Source: Zygnema circumcarinatum SAG 698-1b (lineage: Eukaryota; Plantae; Zygnematophyceae). Taken from it: DNA of 64,000 bases. The notes under the pieces are model-generated. The model was not told the DNA's origin and made no database searches. It saw nothing but the letters and a program-made list of their open reading frames with translations. Shown here in pieces: positions 56,826-64,000 of this stretch (position 1 is its first letter; each line of letters opens with the position of its first letter). The position numbers and the translations under genes are program-made. Location: NCBI GenBank assembly GCA_037447605.1, contig CM074818.1, forward strand, positions 2,182,617-2,246,616, in the 5' to 3' direction.

Positions 56826-57886
56826 GGAAAATGATACAGCGGCCCCACTTTTTGGATATCGTCGCCCCCTTTTGGGAAAAATTGTACTTTTTTTTTGGCT
56901 AATCACTCCCCCCCTTGGATCTTTCGGGAGGAGAGATCCTGTAGACAATCGGACCCCGCGCCTCGCGCGCAGGATCCGACCGTGCACCGACGTACGGCGC
57001 CGCGCATCGCGGCGTGGCCCGCGAGATGCGGCGAGCCTACGGAAACGTTGTCCTCACCTGACCGTTTTGGGTCAGAGGTTGCCACGTGGCAGTCTGCCAT
57101 TGGACAGCCCTGCTGCCGGTCCCCCATGCCGATACAGTGGACCCCCATAATATTTTCGCCATGGTTTCGGCAAATACTGGGCGAAAATATTGTAATTTGC
57201 AAATATAAGGTCCGTGTTACCAATAGGCGAGCGGTATTATGTTTAGAGTTCATGTCCGTTCGTACGTATCGTATCGTACCGTATCGTATCGTATCGTGTC
57301 GTACAGTCATTTAGATATACGAGCTCCTATTGGTTCCGTACGTATACCGTACGACTTAGAGATTTTATTCGTACTTACCGTACAGCGTAAAAGCGTGACC
57401 CATGTTTGAAACCCGTTTCGATTAACAGATTTTGTATTGGAGAATAGGTCAGGTTAGGTTAACACCCCTAATACGTTAACATTGAGTTACCGTACAAAGA
57501 GGTGGTTTCGGCAAAATCGGGGCGAATTTCTTGGGGACGCACTGTACAAGGTGGAAAATATTATGGGGGTCCACTGTATCGGCATGGGGGACCGGCAGCA
57601 GGGCTGTCCAATGGCAGACTGCCACGTGGCAACCTCTGACCCAAACGGGTCAGGTGAGGACAACTTTTCCGTAGGCTCACCGCATCTCGCGGGCCACGCC
57701 GCGATGCGCGGCGCCGTACGTCGGTGCACGGTCGGATCCTGCGCGCGAGGCGCGGGGTCCGATTGTCTACAAGATCTCTCCTCCCGAAAGATCCAAGGGG
57801 GGGAGTGATTAGCCAAAAAAAAAAGTACAATTTTTCCCAAAAGGGGGCGCCGATATCCAAAAAGTGGGGCCGCTGTATCATTTTCC
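56826..57886. mobile_element. Foldback element C (1061 bp) nested in D
   Basis: Inverted arms of about 310 bp start ggaaaatgatacagcgg. Perfect 8-bp TSD ttttgtac. The empty-site context accacctttttgtacggtaac is seen near 47171. Confidence 0.9.
57135..57576. mobile_element. Family-D MITE F nested at the symmetry axis of C
   Basis: TIR cagtggacccccataatattttc with a TA TSD. The interior is homologous to 34152-34662. Confidence 0.85.
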
Positions 57887-58807
57887 TTTTGTACGGTAAC
57901 TCTGTGTTACCCGTACTATTTGTACTATTCGTACTATCCGTACTTGCTGTACTAGCCGTTACTGTACAGTACTGGCTAAAGCAAAACAAACCGAATCTTC
58001 CCGCACGTGCCTCCGTAAGAGGCGCTCTCTCCTCTCCCCTTCATCTTGGCTTCGATACGGCACAATACGATACGCTACTACACGATACGTTACGATACGT
58101 AACGATACGGTACGGTATTAGACGATACGATATGTACGAACAAACATGAACTCTAACATAACACCGCCCGCCTGTTGGTAACACGAACCTTATATTTGCA
58201 AAATCAATATTTTCGCCCCCTTTTGGCCAATACCATGGCGAAAATATGAGGACCCCCCACTGTAGCCGTTACGGGCTCGAATTTAAACTCTCCGAATTTT
58301 CCCGCCCTTGCCGCCGCAAGAGGCCGCCAAAATGTCAGTTGTCACGATACGATACGGTACGATGCGGTACGATATGCTATCAAACGATACGATACAATAC
58401 GTACGGACATGCATGAACTCTAACATAATTCCGCTCGCCTATTGGTAACACAGACCTGATATTTGCCAAAAACAATATTTTCGCCGGATATTCGCTAAAA
58501 CTAGGTGGAAAATATGATGGGGTCCTACTCTTCAAGTTTTTAGAGTCACCGTACAATTGTTGCCAACCATTGGTATTGGCAATGGTTGCCGGTCAGTCAT
58601 AGGATGGATCCAAAGATTGGCCACGATTGCCAATGACTTGCAACCATTGGCAAACAATGGTTCCAACCATTGCTAGCCAATGATGGGCCGCTGGTTCAAC
58701 CGCCATTACAATCCTCGGTTCGAACTTTTTGATTTACTTTTCTGTCCTCTCCCTCTCTCTCCCTCCCTTGATTTTGACCTCCCTCTCTCCGCTCTTCACC
58801 CTACCTT

Positions 58808-58822
58808 CTCCCTATATATAAA
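58808..58822 (+). promoter_or_regulatory. Candidate TATA box for the hydrolase gene
   Basis: ccctatatataaaat about 240 bp upstream of the ATG at 59051, followed by a CT-rich tract. Confidence 0.35.
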
Positions 58823-59050
58823 ATCTCCTTCTCTCGTTACCTATCTCTCTCCCTCACTCTCCCTCTCCCTCTCCCACCCCCGCTCTCTCTCCCTCTCCCA
58901 CCCCCTCTCCCTCTCCCTTTCCCACCCCCTCTCCCTCTTCCTCTCATTGAAAACGAACTGACCAGAACAGAACTGAAGCACAGGACATGTGACTGCTTGT
59001 GCAAAATCAGTTAAACGGAATTTCGCACCGGGAAACAGTTTCAGGCAGCC

Positions 59051-62820
<3,770 letters not shown>

Positions 62821-64000
62821 TGTTTGGGAATTGACAGTATCATGTTTTTAGGGTTTGAAAATTTAGGGTTTGAGATGTTAGGGTTTAAGGTTTAGTGTTT
62901 CAGGGTTCAGAAATTGGACGATTTTAGAGTGCTTTTTGCTTCTTTTTTCCTTTTACTAATATTTAAGGTTTTTTGAGTTCTTAGATTATGATTTATGATT
63001 CTGATTTTAGGGTTTGAGGTGTTTGAAAGGATTCATGGTTGTTAGGAAAATAGGGTTTTAGGAGTTTAGAGGGCTGATTGATTTTATTACCCTATTTATC
63101 ATCTTTATTTTTATAGTAAAATAAACAGGTTTAAGATGTAAATTAATTTTAATTTCTGGATTTTTTCTGAAGTGCGGTTGCACGGAACTTCAGTGCCTTT
63201 TGTATGTCACCGTTTCGATTTGTGGAACTATGTTTTATTTTAACCTTGGAAATGAAATTTTACTTTTTTTTCATTTTAGTTCCATCATCAAACTTTCTTG
63301 TGCCTTTCTATGTGCTAAAATAAAATCGTTATATTTCTCTGAAAGTAAAATAAGGCTTTAGGGTATTTCCGAACCTCCAAACGGATTTGGTGTACTCGTG
63401 GGTTTCAGTATTCTATTTGCAGTTTCAAGAAATTAAGAATTGGTCAGGATTTTAAGAATCTTTACCAGAATTCCTTTATTTCATATGGAACATATAACAA
63501 CTGAAGCTCAAAATTTTGGAATTGAAAAAAAAAAAAAAATCATTCAGTTTCTTTGAGCTCACCAAATTTTCACAGAGCAGATTCGCTCCATGAATTCACA
63601 AAGCCCTTAATTCAACCACACTTCAAACCCTAACATATCCCCAGTTTCCATGCACTTCCGTTCCACTCCCTTCTCCGTTCAGTTCCAGTTACAGTTCAGT
63701 TATGTTCTACAGAATTGCAATATTACATCAAAACTCCCTTTGTTGGGTTCTTTCTCCCGGAATCCCCATCCCATTTTTTTCTTTCATGTACCTGCTAACG
63801 CTAATTTTGATCAATCTTTTTCTTTTCAATATTTATCTGCTGCTGCCTATGATTGGGGCACACATGACCCTCTTGACCCGTTTGACTTGGTTAACTTGGT
63901 TGACTTCCTTGACTTGGTTGAATCGAAGCTTTCGCTGCAGAGGAGCCGCCAATGTCTTCGTAAATTTTCGCTTTTCGAATGATTTCAGAAACAATCCAAC

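Larger units (their letters stand above)
56742..58262. mobile_element. Family-D Tc1/mariner-like element nested in E
   Basis: TIR cagtggggg(g)tcctcatatttt with a TA TSD on both sides. Confidence 0.8.
56423..58530. mobile_element. Outer family-D-like element E
   Basis: Left end ta-cagtaggaccccatcatattttccacct; right end aggtggaaaatatgatggggtcctact, whose terminal base and TSD are degenerate. Confidence 0.65.

Overview
Eukaryotic, intron-rich nuclear DNA of a green-lineage organism. A streptophyte alga is my inference from the gene set (plastid LPD, PPR-SMR, CRM, RLCK-VII-type kinases, a cyanobacterial-type gene) and the very CT/GA-rich introns. I assembled these genes by hand from GT-AG exons that join in frame: plastid dihydrolipoamide dehydrogenase (-), a PPR-SMR gene with an in-frame internal tandem duplication (-), RPL9 (+), a single-CRM-domain gene (+), two tandem receptor-like cytoplasmic kinases (+), two paralogous single-ORF genes of unknown family (-), a monoacylglycerol-lipase/CSE-like hydrolase (+), and a 15-exon, 460-aa transit-peptide-bearing homolog of the cyanobacterial F420-0:gamma-glutamyl-ligase-like family (-). 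The last is invisible in the ORF track, and its first intron is about 80% (TTAGGG)n. The 34-58 kb region holds nested non-autonomous DNA transposons of three kinds: TA-TSD Tc1/mariner-like MITEs, AAT-TSD MITEs, and long-TIR elements with 8-bp TSDs and 5'-GGAAAATG ends. These include a composite element and a four-level nest. Six 10-N gaps are present; three are flanked by near-identical 1.3-2 kb duplications that are probably assembly overlaps. Most ORFs in the track are low-complexity artefacts of microsatellites. Family assignments rest on motif recognition, not database searches.
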